Assembly: GCA_963783305.1 (NCBI GenBank)
Contig: CAWAMW010000002.1
Coordinates: 640,001-704,000 of the forward strand
DNA length: 64,000 bases
Direction: 5' to 3'
Source: an uncultured Gemmatimonadales bacterium
GTDB taxonomy: Bacteria > Gemmatimonadota > Gemmatimonadetes > Longimicrobiales > RSA9
Part shown: one piece after another, positions 9,788-20,309 of the stretch
Position numbering within the stretch: the stretch's first letter is position 1
Layout: each line of letters starts with the position of its first letter
Notes under the pieces: model-generated
Database searches by the model: none
What the model saw: only the letters and a program-made list of their open reading frames with translations
What the model was told of the DNA's origin: nothing
Position numbers and translations under genes: made by a program

Positions 9788-10522
9788 ATGTCGATTCGAA
9801 TCGCCGGACGAACGGACTGCGGGCGCACCAGGGACCGTAACGAGGACGCTCTGCTCCAGCGTCCGGCGCGCGGACTCGTGGCCGTGGCCGACGGCATGGG
9901 CGGCCACGCCGCAGGCGATATCGCGAGCCGCATCGCCGTGGACGTCGTGGACGACCGCAGCGTCCACCTCCCGGACGAGAACGAGTCCGACTATCTCAGA
10001 GACACCGTGCGGGAAGCCCACGAGGCCATTCTCCGGGCCGCCCACGCCGACCCCGGGCTGGACGGCATGGGCACGACGCTCACGATGCTTCGCCTCCACC
10101 CCCAGGGGACCCGCGGTATGATCGCCCATGTCGGCGACTCCCGCGCCTACCGCTGGCGCGCGGGTGCCCTCGAGCAGCTGACCCGCGACCAGACCTGGGT
10201 CCAGCAGCAGATCGACGCCGGCCGCCTCTCTCGCGACGCCGCGCGACGTCACCCGTTCTCCGCCATGCTCACCTGCGCCCTCGGCATCGCCGACGTGGAC
10301 CTCGATGTCCAGATCATCGATGCGGACCCGCGCCCCGGAGATGTCTTCCTGGTCTGCAGCGATGGCCTCACCGCGGCCCTGACGGACGACGACATCCGGC
10401 AGGTCCTCCTCGATCAGGAGGATGTCGACGACGCGGCCGGCGCCCTCGTCGATGCCGCCAACCACGAGGGCGGCCCCGACAACATCACGGTCGCCCTCGT
10501 CCGCGTCGAGGAAGACTCCTAG
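9788..10522 (+). CDS. PP2C/PPM-family Ser/Thr protein phosphatase
   Basis: GRTRDRNED, VADGMGGHAAG, MGTT, HVGDSRAY, CSDGL, GGPDNITV. Confidence 0.93.
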   Translation: MSIRIAGRTDCGRTRDRNEDALLQRPARGLVAVADGMGGHAAGDIASRIAVDVVDDRSVHLPDENESDYLRDTVREAHEAILRAAHADPGLDGMGTTLTMLRLHPQGTRGMIAHVGDSRAYRWRAGALEQLTRDQTWVQQQIDAGRLSRDAARRHPFSAMLTCALGIADVDLDVQIIDADPRPGDVFLVCSDGLTAALTDDDIRQVLLDQEDVDDAAGALVDAANHEGGPDNITVALVRVEEDS

Positions 10523-10539
10523 GCCGGCACGCCATCGGC

Positions 10540-11892
10540 TCAGGACCGCAGCAGCGGACCGGCCGCTTCCAGCCGCGTCCGCACCATCTCGTCCGACATG
10601 GACACCAGCGCCGTGGCCGCTTCCGGCGCGAGCCGGACGGCCTCCCCCATGGTGAACACCCGAAGCACGCGTGCGGTGTGGTAGAGCTCGTCGGATACGC
10701 GCGGCAGCCCGATCATCCCCGCTCGCCCGCCCGGCCCCAGACGGAGCACCTCGCCTCCCCTCCGCTGGACCAGAAGGTCCAGCTGGAACATGCCTGGCTT
10801 CCGAGGATAGTCCACGAACACCGAGCCGGGAGCGAGCTGCAGCTCCTCCGCCAGCCGGTCCTCGACCCGCCGCTTCAACGGCGCGTCCGTCGTCACCCAG
10901 GCGCCCTCCTCTCGCCCCACCTCCGCGGCCACCACCTCCACGGCCCGCTTCGGCAGACGCCGACGCTGCAGCGCGTTGACCAGACGCGCCACCCGCGCCG
11001 CCGCCTCGGTGTCGCGGGCTCCCTCCTCCCCCCGCTCCGCCAGCAGGAAGAGCAGGGCTTCGTCGGTCTTCCCGACCAGCTCCTCCGCCCCGATGAGTCC
11101 GTCGCTCAGCGCATCGAAGACGATCCGCTTGTACAGCACGGTCCCCGCTCGCACCGCGTGATGCCAGTAGACGTTCCGGAACATCTGGTACTTCGAGAAA
11201 AGCAGGGATTCCAGTGCCGCCACCCCCTTCTCGTGCACGCCCACCTCGGGGGCACCCCCCTCCGCCGGCTCCAGGACCATGAGTCCGTTCAGCAGCCGGT
11301 CCACGTCCACCTCCCCGTATGGCACACCGCAGAACCGCGCGTCGCGCTTCAGGTACTCCACCTTGTCGAGGTCGAGGCTCCCGCTCACGAGGCCCTGAAG
11401 CGGCGAAGCGCTCCGCCCACGGATCAGCGACTCCACCCGCTCGGGTGCGTCCGGCGCCACGGACTCCAGCGCGGCCCGCACCTCCGGGTCCTGGAGGAAT
11501 CGACCCGTGAGCGCCTCGTGGTGCCCGGGGATCAACGGCTCCTCGAGCTCCTCCAGTGCGTGTGAGAAGGGGTAGTGCCCCACGTCGTGGAGGAGCCCGG
11601 CCAGTGGGACGAGCCGGAACTCCACCGGGTCCACCGCCCGGAGCTGGCCCCGCTCCTCGAGCCCCACGATCGCGCGACGCATGAGGTGGTAGACGCCGAG
11701 TGCGTGGTCGAACCGTGAATGGTGGGCGCCGGGGTACACCAGGTGCGCCAGCCCCAGCTGCCGGATATAGCGCAGCCGCTGGAATGCGCCCGAATCCACC
11801 ACCCGCCGCGCCGTCGCATCCAGCTCGATCGTGCCCCACAGCGGGTCGCGCACCACGATCCCGCCGCGGCGCGGGTCGTCGCCTCCGGTCAT
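10540..11892 (-). CDS. HD-superfamily phosphohydrolase (YwfO/SAMHD1-like dNTP triphosphohydrolase family)
   Basis: FQRLRYIRQLG, VYPGAHHSRFDH, LLHDVGHYPFSH, DLDKVEYLKRD, VYWH. Confidence 0.88.
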   Translation of the reverse strand: MTGGDDPRRGGIVVRDPLWGTIELDATARRVVDSGAFQRLRYIRQLGLAHLVYPGAHHSRFDHALGVYHLMRRAIVGLEERGQLRAVDPVEFRLVPLAGLLHDVGHYPFSHALEELEEPLIPGHHEALTGRFLQDPEVRAALESVAPDAPERVESLIRGRSASPLQGLVSGSLDLDKVEYLKRDARFCGVPYGEVDVDRLLNGLMVLEPAEGGAPEVGVHEKGVAALESLLFSKYQMFRNVYWHHAVRAGTVLYKRIVFDALSDGLIGAEELVGKTDEALLFLLAERGEEGARDTEAAARVARLVNALQRRRLPKRAVEVVAAEVGREEGAWVTTDAPLKRRVEDRLAEELQLAPGSVFVDYPRKPGMFQLDLLVQRRGGEVLRLGPGGRAGMIGLPRVSDELYHTARVLRVFTMGEAVRLAPEAATALVSMSDEMVRTRLEAAGPLLRS

Positions 11893-11942
11893 GGCGTCCT
11901 CCCGGTCCGCCGTGCCCCTGAACACCGACGCGCCCGCGCCGC

Positions 11943-13529
11943 TCAGGGGCCCGCCTGCCGGACCTTTTCCGAGACGTTGGCCGCAAACCTCTCGAAGTTG
12001 TCGCGGAACATGCCCGCCAGCTTTTTCGCCTGCTCGTCGTACGCGGCCGGGTGCTCCCACGTCTGCCGCGGGCGCAGCACCTCGTCCGGGACCCCCCGCA
12101 CGTGGTCCGGGATCTCGAGCCCGAACACGGGATCGGTGTGGGTCCGCGCACCATCCAGCTCGCCGGTGAGCGCGGCGGTGACCATCCGCCGCGTGTGCGT
12201 CAGCTCCATGCGATGGCCCTCACCGAACGCGCCCCCCGTCCAGCCCGTGTTCACCAGCCAGGTGTTCACGTCGTGCTCCGCGATGAGCCGCTTCAGCAGC
12301 TCCGCGTACCGCGACGGCGGCAGCGGCAGGAACGGCGCGCCAAAGCATGCGCTGAATGTGGCCTTGGGCTCCGTAACCCCCTTCTCGGTCCCCGCCACCT
12401 TCGCCGTGTACCCCGAGAGGAAGTGGTACGCCGCCTGGTCGCGGCTCAGCCGCGCAATGGGCGGCAGCACCCCGAAGGCGTCCGCCGTGAGGAAGATCAC
12501 ATTCTTCGGATGCCCGCCCCGCTTGTCACGCACCGCGCTCTTGATGTGCCGCAGCGGGTACGACGACCGCGTGTTCTCCGTGATGGAGACATCGTCGAAC
12601 TGCGGCTTCCGGTCCTCGTCCAGCACCACGTTCTCCAGGATGGCGCCGAACCGCCGGCTCGCGCCCCAGATCAGCGGCTCCCCCTCCTTCGACAGCCGCA
12701 CCACCTTCGCGTAATTCCCGCCCTCGAAGTTGAACACCCCGTCCTTCGACCAGCCGTGCTCATCATCGCCGATCAGCAGCCGGTCCGGGTCCGTGGAGAG
12801 CGTGGTCTTCCCGGTCCCCGATAGGCCGAAGAACAGCGCCACGTCCCCATCGTCCCCGGTGTTCGCCGAACAGTGCATGCTCAGCACGTCCTGCTTCGGC
12901 AGCAGGTAATTCATCACGCTGAAGATCGACTTCTTGATCTCCCCCGCGTACCGCGTCCCGCCGATAAGCACCTGCCGCTCGGCGAAGCTCACGACGACGA
13001 AGGCGCCACTGTGAGTGCCGTGCTTCTCCGGGTCCGCCTGGAACTCAGGCGCGTGGAGCACCGTGAAGCGGGCCTCGAAATGGCTCCGATGGTCCCCGAA
13101 CGGCTCCAGGAACATGTTGTTCACGAACACCGAGTGCCACGCGCTGGGCGTCACCACCCGCACATTGAGACGGTATTGCGGATCCGCTCCCGCCCACACG
13201 TCCCGTATATAGAGGTCGTCCTGCTCGTTCAGGTACTTCTGCAGGTCCTTCCGGAGCACTTCGAAGCTCTCCGGCTCCATGGGGACATTCACTTCACCCC
13301 ACCAGATCTCGTCGGCCGTGGCCGGCTCCTTCACCGTGAACTTGTCGTTCGGGCTCCGGCCCGTATGGGGTGCCGTCACGGCCACGAAGGACCCGTCCGC
13401 CGACAGCTGGCCCTCGCCCCGCCACACGGCGTGCTCGATGAGCTCCGCCGGTGGCAGGTTCCAGTGCAGTCGACCCGTCGGCCTCAACCCGTATTCTTCC
13501 AGCCCGCCATGGTTCTTCGTGGTCGCCAC
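11943..13529 (-). CDS. pckA: Phosphoenolpyruvate carboxykinase (ATP)
   Basis: [58 protein letters not shown]. Confidence 0.97.
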   Translation of the reverse strand: MATTKNHGGLEEYGLRPTGRLHWNLPPAELIEHAVWRGEGQLSADGSFVAVTAPHTGRSPNDKFTVKEPATADEIWWGEVNVPMEPESFEVLRKDLQKYLNEQDDLYIRDVWAGADPQYRLNVRVVTPSAWHSVFVNNMFLEPFGDHRSHFEARFTVLHAPEFQADPEKHGTHSGAFVVVSFAERQVLIGGTRYAGEIKKSIFSVMNYLLPKQDVLSMHCSANTGDDGDVALFFGLSGTGKTTLSTDPDRLLIGDDEHGWSKDGVFNFEGGNYAKVVRLSKEGEPLIWGASRRFGAILENVVLDEDRKPQFDDVSITENTRSSYPLRHIKSAVRDKRGGHPKNVIFLTADAFGVLPPIARLSRDQAAYHFLSGYTAKVAGTEKGVTEPKATFSACFGAPFLPLPPSRYAELLKRLIAEHDVNTWLVNTGWTGGAFGEGHRMELTHTRRMVTAALTGELDGARTHTDPVFGLEIPDHVRGVPDEVLRPRQTWEHPAAYDEQAKKLAGMFRDNFERFAANVSEKVRQAGP

Positions 13530-13543
13530 GGTCCGATCCTCGT

Positions 13544-15820
13544 CTATTCGGAAGTCTGAGTCTGACGGCCGCGTCGCTGCGCGTCCACCACGGCCAGCGC
13601 CGTGAGATTCACCACGTCTGCCGCCTCACTGCCGCGCTGCAGCACGTGTACCGGCCGGTCCATGCCCAGCAGGATCGGACCGATGGCCTCCGCCCCACCA
13701 ATACGGGACAGCAGCTTGTAGGCGATGTTCGACGAGTTCAGGTCGGGGAAGATCAGCACGTTCGCCGGCCCGCCGAGGGTATTGAACGGATACCGCTCGT
13801 TCAGGATCTCCTCCACCAGGGCCGTGTCCGCCTGCATCTCGCCATCCACGGGCAGATCCGGCCGCAGCTCCTTCACCCGCTGTACCGCCTTTCGCACCGT
13901 CTCGGATTCCGCGTTCCGCGCCGATCCGAAGTTGGAGAACGACAGCAGCGCCACACGGGGATCCACGCCCAGCCGCTTCACGAACTCCGCCGACAGCAGC
14001 GCGATCTCCGCCAGCTTCTCGGAGTCCGGGCGGATGTTCACGGTCGTGTCCGCAAAGAACACGAGGTCGTGCTTGAGGATCATCATGTACAGCCCGGCCA
14101 CCGTGTTGACGTTCGGCTGCGTGCCGACCACCTCCAGCGCCGGCCGGATCGTCTCCGGGTAGTGCGCCTCCATGCCGGCGATCAGACCGTCGGCGTCCCC
14201 GGCGGCGACCATCATGTTGCCGAAGTAGGCCGGATCCGTCATGAGGTCGCGGGCCTCGGACAGCGTGACCCCCTTCCGCTGCCGTCGCTCGTACAGCCGC
14301 TGCGCGTACCGCTCGAGCAGACCCTCGTCCTCACTGGGATCGACGAGCTCGATGCCGCTCAGATCCACGTGCAGCGCTTCCGCCCGCTTTTGGATCCGCG
14401 CCGGACGGCCGAGAAGCACCGGCCTGGCGATCCCTTCGGACACCGCCTGGCTCACCGCCCGGATCACCCGGTCGTGCTCGCCGTCGGTGAATACGATCCG
14501 GCGCGGGTCGCGCTGCGCCCTCAGCATGATGTCGCGCATCACCTCGCGTCGACGCCCAAGACGGGCCTCCAGCGCGGTGCGGTACTCCTCCGGGTCGATC
14601 TCGTGGCGCGCCACACCATCTTCAATGGCCGCTCTAGCCACCGCGGGGGCCACCCAGAGGAGGACCCGCGAGTCGAACGGCTTCGGGATGATGTACTTCG
14701 GCCCGAACTGGAAGCTCTCCTCGTCGTACGCGTGCGCTACCGACTCCGGCACGTCCTCCCGCGCCAGCTGCGCCAGCGCGTGCGTCGCCGCCAGCTTCAT
14801 CCTGTCGGTGATGGCCCGCGCCCGCACATCCAGCGCGCCCCTGAAGATGAACGGGAACCCGAGAACGTTGTTGACCTGGTTGTCGTAATCGCTCCGGCCG
14901 GTGGCGGTGATCGCGTCGTCGCGTACCTTGAGCACCTCCTCCGGCGTGATCTCCGGGTCCGGATTCGCCAGCGCGAACACGATCGGCCGCGGGGCCATTG
15001 ATTTCACCATTGCGCCGTCCACCAGCCCCTTCACCGAGAGACCGACGAAGACGTCCGCGTCCTTCATTGTTGCCCGCAGGTCCGCGGCTTCATGGTCCTG
15101 CGCGAACGCGGCCTTGTACTTGTTGAGGTCCTCGATCCGCTCCTTCGTGATCAGGCCCTTGCTGTCCACCATGAAGATGTTCTCACGCCGCGCGCCCAGG
15201 CGCACGTAGTGGTCCGCGGTGGCGATCGCCGATGCGCCCGCACCACTGAACACGATCCTCACGTCCTCGATCTTCTTGTTCACCAGCTCCAGCGCGTTCA
15301 CCAGCCCCGCGCCGCTGATGATGGCGGTGCCGTGCTGGTCATCATGGAAGACCGGGATGTCCAGCAGCTCCTTCAGCTGCTCCTCGATGTAGAAGCACTC
15401 CGGCGCCTTGATGTCCTCCAGGTTGATCCCGCCCACCGTGGGCTCGAGCAGCTGGCAGAACTTGACGATCTCTTCCTGGTTCTCGGTCCCGACCTCGATA
15501 TCGAACACATCGATGTCCGCGAACCGCTTGAAGAGGACTCCCTTCCCCTCCATCACCGGCTTCGATGCCAGCGCGCCCAGGTTCCCCAGCCCGAGCACCG
15601 CCGTGCCGTTGGAGACCACCGCCACCAGGTTCCCCCGCGCGGTGTACTTGAAGACGTCATCCGGGGTCTTCTCGATCGCCAGGCACGGCTCCGCCACACC
15701 GGGGCTGTAAGCCAGCGACAGGTCCATCTGGGTGCCCACCGCCTTCGTGGGGACCACTTCTATTTTTCCGGGACGGCCCTGAGTGTGGTAGTCGAGGGCG
15801 GCCTGCTTGTTATCAGTCAT
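13544..15820 (-). CDS. maeB: NADP-dependent malic enzyme with C-terminal phosphotransacetylase-like domain
   Basis: [49 protein letters not shown] domain [19 protein letters not shown]; true start MTDNKQ at 15820. Confidence 0.96.
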   Translation of the reverse strand: MTDNKQAALDYHTQGRPGKIEVVPTKAVGTQMDLSLAYSPGVAEPCLAIEKTPDDVFKYTARGNLVAVVSNGTAVLGLGNLGALASKPVMEGKGVLFKRFADIDVFDIEVGTENQEEIVKFCQLLEPTVGGINLEDIKAPECFYIEEQLKELLDIPVFHDDQHGTAIISGAGLVNALELVNKKIEDVRIVFSGAGASAIATADHYVRLGARRENIFMVDSKGLITKERIEDLNKYKAAFAQDHEAADLRATMKDADVFVGLSVKGLVDGAMVKSMAPRPIVFALANPDPEITPEEVLKVRDDAITATGRSDYDNQVNNVLGFPFIFRGALDVRARAITDRMKLAATHALAQLAREDVPESVAHAYDEESFQFGPKYIIPKPFDSRVLLWVAPAVARAAIEDGVARHEIDPEEYRTALEARLGRRREVMRDIMLRAQRDPRRIVFTDGEHDRVIRAVSQAVSEGIARPVLLGRPARIQKRAEALHVDLSGIELVDPSEDEGLLERYAQRLYERRQRKGVTLSEARDLMTDPAYFGNMMVAAGDADGLIAGMEAHYPETIRPALEVVGTQPNVNTVAGLYMMILKHDLVFFADTTVNIRPDSEKLAEIALLSAEFVKRLGVDPRVALLSFSNFGSARNAESETVRKAVQRVKELRPDLPVDGEMQADTALVEEILNERYPFNTLGGPANVLIFPDLNSSNIAYKLLSRIGGAEAIGPILLGMDRPVHVLQRGSEAADVVNLTALAVVDAQRRGRQTQTSE

Positions 15821-15952
15821 GGTACTCCTCTTGGAGTGTTGTCCGAGCACGGGTACGCTACCGTGGCACCCCTGCCATCGCAAGAAGACGCGACGCGGTC
15901 GCAACGTTGCGCGCGCCGCCGGATGGCGCGATTCTGGCACGTCCCGCCCACA

Positions 15953-17791
15953 ATGGACTCCACGACCACCATGATCCGTCGACGCGGAGCCAATCCCGCC
16001 CACGCCCTGTCTTTCATCCTGCTCCTGCTCGGTCTGGGGCGGGCCACGCCCGTGCGGGCCCAGGACGACGCCTGCGAGCTGGGGCGGATCACCCGCATCT
16101 TTGTCGACAACCACTCCATCTTCAACACGGCGGACCCGGACCTGAACCCGCGGTTCCGCTGGGCCTACTCGCTCGCGAACCGCCTGCACGTCCCGACGCG
16201 CGAGGGCGTGATCATGCGCGAGCTGCTCTTCGACGTGGGCGACTGCTACGACCCACTCCTGGTCGAGGAGTCGGAACGACTGCTCCGCGCCCACGCGTTC
16301 CTCGGCCGCGTCGACGCGTTCGGGATCCAGCAGCCGCAGGGCGGCTACCATGTCATCGTGGATACGGAGGACGAGTGGTCCACCCAGGTGGACCTGAAGT
16401 TCGACCTGAGCGGCCAGTTCCAATTCGAGGAGCTCGATGTTCGCGAGGAGAACGTCCTCGGCACTGGCCGATCCCTGGGCATCTTCTACCGCTCCCACGA
16501 GGCCGTCCGCTCCTACGGCATCCGGTACGAGTCGCCCCAGCTCCTGGGCACCCGCTGGGACCAGGCTATCGACGTCGGACGGACCCGGGCGGGCGACCTT
16601 CTCCACCAGGAGATCCGGTACCCGTTCCTCGGCGAGGAGGGCAAATGGGCGTTCCGCGAATGGTACAGCCGACGCGACCGCTTCTTCGACTACGTCCTCC
16701 CCCGCGGCAGCGACTTCTGTCCCAGCGGCGGGAACGCCTGCCGCATCCTCGTGCCCGTCCGGCAGCATGGATTCCACGTGGCGGGGCTCCGTCGCTTCGG
16801 CCGCCGGGGCAACCTCACGCTGCTGGGCGCGGGGGTCAGCTTCCAGAACTTCTCGTACCCCGGTGGGGACAGCGCGATAACGCTCGTGGGAGATCGCAAT
16901 TTCGATGAGCGCGAGACCGCGCCGGCGCTCCTGCGGGAGACTGCCGCCCGAAGGACGGAGGCGCTGAGGAACGTTCGGGCCGTCCTGCTGGTTGGGAAAC
17001 GGAACATCCGCTGGCAGCAGCGGACGGGGCTCGACAGCTTCCGCGGCGATGAGGACGTGCGGGTGGGCGCGGAAGTAGAGCTCGCTTTCGCCCGCTCCCT
17101 CCCCGGCATCGAGGATGACAACGACCTTTACGGCAGCATGGACCTCTACGCGGCCGCCGGCCCGCCCGGCGCGTTCTTCGGAACTCGCCTCCGCGCCGAC
17201 GCCCGCCGGGACTACGACACGCGCCCGGACGAGTTCGAGATGAAGGATGTCTTCGCCGAGGCGGAGACGTTCCTCTATGTCGAGCCGCCCTTCCTCCCGA
17301 CGCACACGCTCCTGCTGCGCGCCAGCGGCGCCGCCGGCTGGCACGTGGAGACGCCGTTCCAGCTCACTCTGGGAGGGGAGCGCGCGCTGCGAGGATTGCG
17401 CGAGGAGGAGTACCCCGGCGGCCGGCGCGTCGTCGTTTCCGTGGAGGACCGGTGGTACGCCGGCTGGCCCTTCCCCGGTGTGGCCGACTTCGGCACCTCC
17501 CTCTTCGCGGATGTCGGGCGGATCTGGCCCGGTGAGGCGCCGTTCGGCATCGACTCCGGCTGGCGCGCCACGGTGGGCGCCGGGATCCGCGCCAACTTCC
17601 CGAGCCGCGGCACCAACACGTTCCGAGTGGACATGGCGTTCCCGATTGGTGAGGACGGGGACCTGGGGCGCCTCCAGCTCCTGATCGGCGTGGGCGAGTA
17701 CATCGGCATCACCTCGGATTTCGCCGACCCGCAGTTCGACCGGTCCCGCATTCCGCCGATCACGGGCAGCCTGCTCAACTTCCCCAACTGA
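15953..17791 (+). CDS. Omp85/BamA-TamA family outer-membrane protein with POTRA-like N-terminus
   Basis: Signal peptide ending VRA-Q; TREGVIMRELLFDVGDCYDPLLVEESERLLR (POTRA); EENVLGTG; LGGERALRG; FADVGRIW; VGAGIR; start 15953 or 15971. Confidence 0.8.
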   Translation: MDSTTTMIRRRGANPAHALSFILLLLGLGRATPVRAQDDACELGRITRIFVDNHSIFNTADPDLNPRFRWAYSLANRLHVPTREGVIMRELLFDVGDCYDPLLVEESERLLRAHAFLGRVDAFGIQQPQGGYHVIVDTEDEWSTQVDLKFDLSGQFQFEELDVREENVLGTGRSLGIFYRSHEAVRSYGIRYESPQLLGTRWDQAIDVGRTRAGDLLHQEIRYPFLGEEGKWAFREWYSRRDRFFDYVLPRGSDFCPSGGNACRILVPVRQHGFHVAGLRRFGRRGNLTLLGAGVSFQNFSYPGGDSAITLVGDRNFDERETAPALLRETAARRTEALRNVRAVLLVGKRNIRWQQRTGLDSFRGDEDVRVGAEVELAFARSLPGIEDDNDLYGSMDLYAAAGPPGAFFGTRLRADARRDYDTRPDEFEMKDVFAEAETFLYVEPPFLPTHTLLLRASGAAGWHVETPFQLTLGGERALRGLREEEYPGGRRVVVSVEDRWYAGWPFPGVADFGTSLFADVGRIWPGEAPFGIDSGWRATVGAGIRANFPSRGTNTFRVDMAFPIGEDGDLGRLQLLIGVGEYIGITSDFADPQFDRSRIPPITGSLLNFPN

Positions 17792-17792
17792 G

Positions 17793-18569
17793 ATGACGCT
17801 CCTCTCGCGCGTCCACCATGCGGAGGAACGGATGGATCAGCCCGATGTGGACCCCCGTGCGCTCAGGCAGGCACTCGACCATGTGGCGGCCGTGAACCGC
17901 TGGCTCGGTGGCCGACGGGCACTGCTCCTGCACCTGCCCGAGGCCCTCCGCCTCTCCCGCGGACACGACACCGGTGGCGGCCAGCCCCGGGACCCCGGAC
18001 CGTTTCGGATTCTCGACGTGGGCACCGGCTCGGGGGACCTCCCCATGGCGGTCGCCCGCTGGGCCCGCAAGCGGGACCTGGCCGTGGAGGTCACCGGGAT
18101 CGACCTCCACGACCGCACCCTGCGCGTCGCCGCCCGCCGCACCGCCCAGGATCCCGCCGTGCGGGTGCTGCGGGGTGATGGTCTCCGGCTACCCTTCGCC
18201 GAGGGCGCGTTCGACGTGGCGCTCCTCTCCATGACCCTCCACCACATGGATGGTCCCGCGCTGCTCGCGATTCTCCGGGAGCTCGGGCGCGTGGCACGCC
18301 AGGGTCGGGTCCTCGTGTCCGAGCTGGAACGGTGCCTTCCCAACTACCTCGGGGCCCGACTCCTGGGGGCGACCCTCTGGCGCCGGAACCCGATCACCCG
18401 CCATGATGGCCCCCTCTCCGTCCTCCGGGCCTTCACCCCCGCCGAGTTGCTGGAGCTGGCCGGCGACGCCGGGCTCCCCGGCGCCCACGTGCACCGGCAC
18501 CCCTTCCACCGACTCGTCCTGCTGGCGGATGGCGGCGGACAGCCGCCGCGCTCGAGGCGTCCACAATGA
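17793..18569 (+). CDS. Class I SAM-dependent methyltransferase (type usually found with type III PKS)
   Basis: EERMDQPD..LDHVAAVNRWLGG, ILDVGTGSGD, LPFAEGAFDV, TLHH, ITRHDGPLSVLRAFT. Confidence 0.88.
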   Translation: MTLLSRVHHAEERMDQPDVDPRALRQALDHVAAVNRWLGGRRALLLHLPEALRLSRGHDTGGGQPRDPGPFRILDVGTGSGDLPMAVARWARKRDLAVEVTGIDLHDRTLRVAARRTAQDPAVRVLRGDGLRLPFAEGAFDVALLSMTLHHMDGPALLAILRELGRVARQGRVLVSELERCLPNYLGARLLGATLWRRNPITRHDGPLSVLRAFTPAELLELAGDAGLPGAHVHRHPFHRLVLLADGGGQPPRSRRPQ

Positions 18570-19834
18570 GTACGACACGTGCCAGCCACGACCCACCGCC
18601 CGACGTCGTGGTGGTGGGGGGCGGGCCCGCCGGTGCCGTTACCGCACTCCTGCTCGCACGGCGCGGCGTCCCCGTCACCATCCTGGACCGCGCCCGCTTC
18701 CCGCGGCCGAAGCCCTGCGGCGACTGCCTCAGCGCGGCGGCCACCGCGCTCCTGCGCCGGCTCGACCTCCTCGACCGCGTGCTCGCCGCCGGCGCCTCGA
18801 CCATCGGGCACTGGCGGATCGTGGCCCCGGACGGTACCCCCGCCACTGGCCGCTTCGGCGACTCCCACGCCCTCTCCCTCGAGCGACGCCGGCTGGATGC
18901 CGTGCTGCTCGATGCGGCCATCGAAGCGGGCGCCCACTTCCGCGCCGCCCACGTCACGGACGTTTTCATCCAGGAGGAGCGCGTTCGCGGCGTACAGGTC
19001 CGTGAGGGCACAAACGATCGCTCCACCATCGAGGCGGCGCTGGTCGTGGGCGCCGACGGCCTCCGATCCACCGTCGCCCGACGGCTCGGCCTGGTGCGCC
19101 GCAAGCCGGCGCTACGGAAGGTCTCCCTTACCGCGCACCTCCCCGTCCGCGGCAATCCGCTCCAGCACGGGGAGATGCATCTGATCCCTTCCGGCTGCCT
19201 GGGCTATGCTCCCGCCGGTGACGGCGTGGTCAACCTCACACTGGTCGTCGCCACCCATGCGGCCGGCACACTGGCCGAGCTGGGGCCCGCCGCGTTCTTC
19301 CGGGATCAGATCCGCCACGCCACAGCGCTCGATGAATCACTGCGCGAGTCGCTCGATGACCTGTTGGACGAGGACTTCCTCGCCTCCGGGCCCTTCGATG
19401 TCCCCGTCCGCACCCCCGTGGCCCGCGGCGCAGCGCTCGTGGGCGATGCCGCCGGCTATTACGACCCGTTCACCGGCCAGGGCATCTACCAGGCCATGGC
19501 CGCGGCGGAACAGCTGGTCCTGGCGGTGGGCCCCGTGCTCGCGCACGGCAGGGCCGGGCCGGCCGCAATGGACCGGGGACTCCGCCGCTACGCCCGCGCC
19601 AAGCGCCGGCTCACCAACCCCGCACGGCGTGTTCAGCACGGCGTCGAGTGGGTGCTGTCGCGGCCGTGGCTTGCGAATCGCATCCTCGCTCGCCTCTCCG
19701 CCGCCCCCGTAGCCATGGACCGGCTCGTGGCGGTCACGGGCGACCTGCGACGACCCGTCTCCTTGCTTTCGCCGGCGGTCGTCTCGAGCTTCATGATCCC
19801 ACGATCCGGAGGTCCGATTGATCCGCACCGATGA
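18566..19834 (+). CDS. NAD(P)/FAD-dependent oxidoreductase (geranylgeranyl reductase / flavin monooxygenase-like)
   Basis: VVGGGPAG, FPRPKPCGD, VGADG, LVGDAAGYYDPFTGQGI; ATGA overlap. Confidence 0.9.
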   Translation: MSTTRASHDPPPDVVVVGGGPAGAVTALLLARRGVPVTILDRARFPRPKPCGDCLSAAATALLRRLDLLDRVLAAGASTIGHWRIVAPDGTPATGRFGDSHALSLERRRLDAVLLDAAIEAGAHFRAAHVTDVFIQEERVRGVQVREGTNDRSTIEAALVVGADGLRSTVARRLGLVRRKPALRKVSLTAHLPVRGNPLQHGEMHLIPSGCLGYAPAGDGVVNLTLVVATHAAGTLAELGPAAFFRDQIRHATALDESLRESLDDLLDEDFLASGPFDVPVRTPVARGAALVGDAAGYYDPFTGQGIYQAMAAAEQLVLAVGPVLAHGRAGPAAMDRGLRRYARAKRRLTNPARRVQHGVEWVLSRPWLANRILARLSAAPVAMDRLVAVTGDLRRPVSLLSPAVVSSFMIPRSGGPIDPHR

Positions 19835-20309
19835 CCATATAACCACCGCCCCCATCGAGTTCGCCTTCCGGGTGGCCGCCGACGTGGAGTGTTGGCCCGA
19901 GATCCTGCCCCACTACCGATGGGTGGAGTTCCAGGAGAAGCGAGGGTTCGGACAGGGGGTCGTGGAAATGGCGGCGTGGCGCGACTTCTTCGGGCCGCTC
20001 CGGTACCCCACGTGGTGGGTCTCGGAGATGACCACCGACCCCGATGAGCCAGTGGTGAGATACCGCCATGTCGACGGGATCACCCGCGGCATGGACGTGG
20101 CCTGGGAGTTCCATGACCACGCCGATGGCATCCTCGTCCGCATCGTCCACGAGTGGGAGGGGCCCGGCTGGCCGCTCATCAACGGGATCGCGGCCAATGG
20201 CGTGATCGGGCCACACTTCGTCAGCGCCATCGCTCGCCGGACGCTGGCCGGCGTATGCGCCGAGGCCGAGCGGCGAGCGGCGCTGGAAGAGGGGGCCCGC
20301 CATGGCTGA
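19818..20309 (+). CDS. SRPBCC / polyketide cyclase-dehydrase family protein
   Basis: APIEFAFRVAADVECWPEILPHY, WVSEM, HVDGITRGMDVAWEF; TTG start with GGAGGT RBS. Confidence 0.8.
   Translation: MIRTDDHITTAPIEFAFRVAADVECWPEILPHYRWVEFQEKRGFGQGVVEMAAWRDFFGPLRYPTWWVSEMTTDPDEPVVRYRHVDGITRGMDVAWEFHDHADGILVRIVHEWEGPGWPLINGIAANGVIGPHFVSAIARRTLAGVCAEAERRAALEEGARHG

Noticed and set aside
10540..11892. HD dNTPase as an anti-phage nucleotide-depletion system
   Set aside because: Widespread YwfO-like family, located downstream of maeB-pckA in a housekeeping context with no defence-island or mobility markers
9776..12154. Long R/G/A/P-rich alternative-frame ORFs here and throughout the window (e.g. 36527..38581, 51570..53474, 24827..26287)
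   Set aside because: Frame shadows of real genes caused by GC3 bias; no recognisable motifs
15821..17344. Apparent ~500-aa N-terminal extension of the malic enzyme (ORF 13544..17344)
   Set aside because: It overlaps the Omp85 gene in antisense; MaeB homology starts at MTDNKQ (15820), which has a GAGGAG RBS
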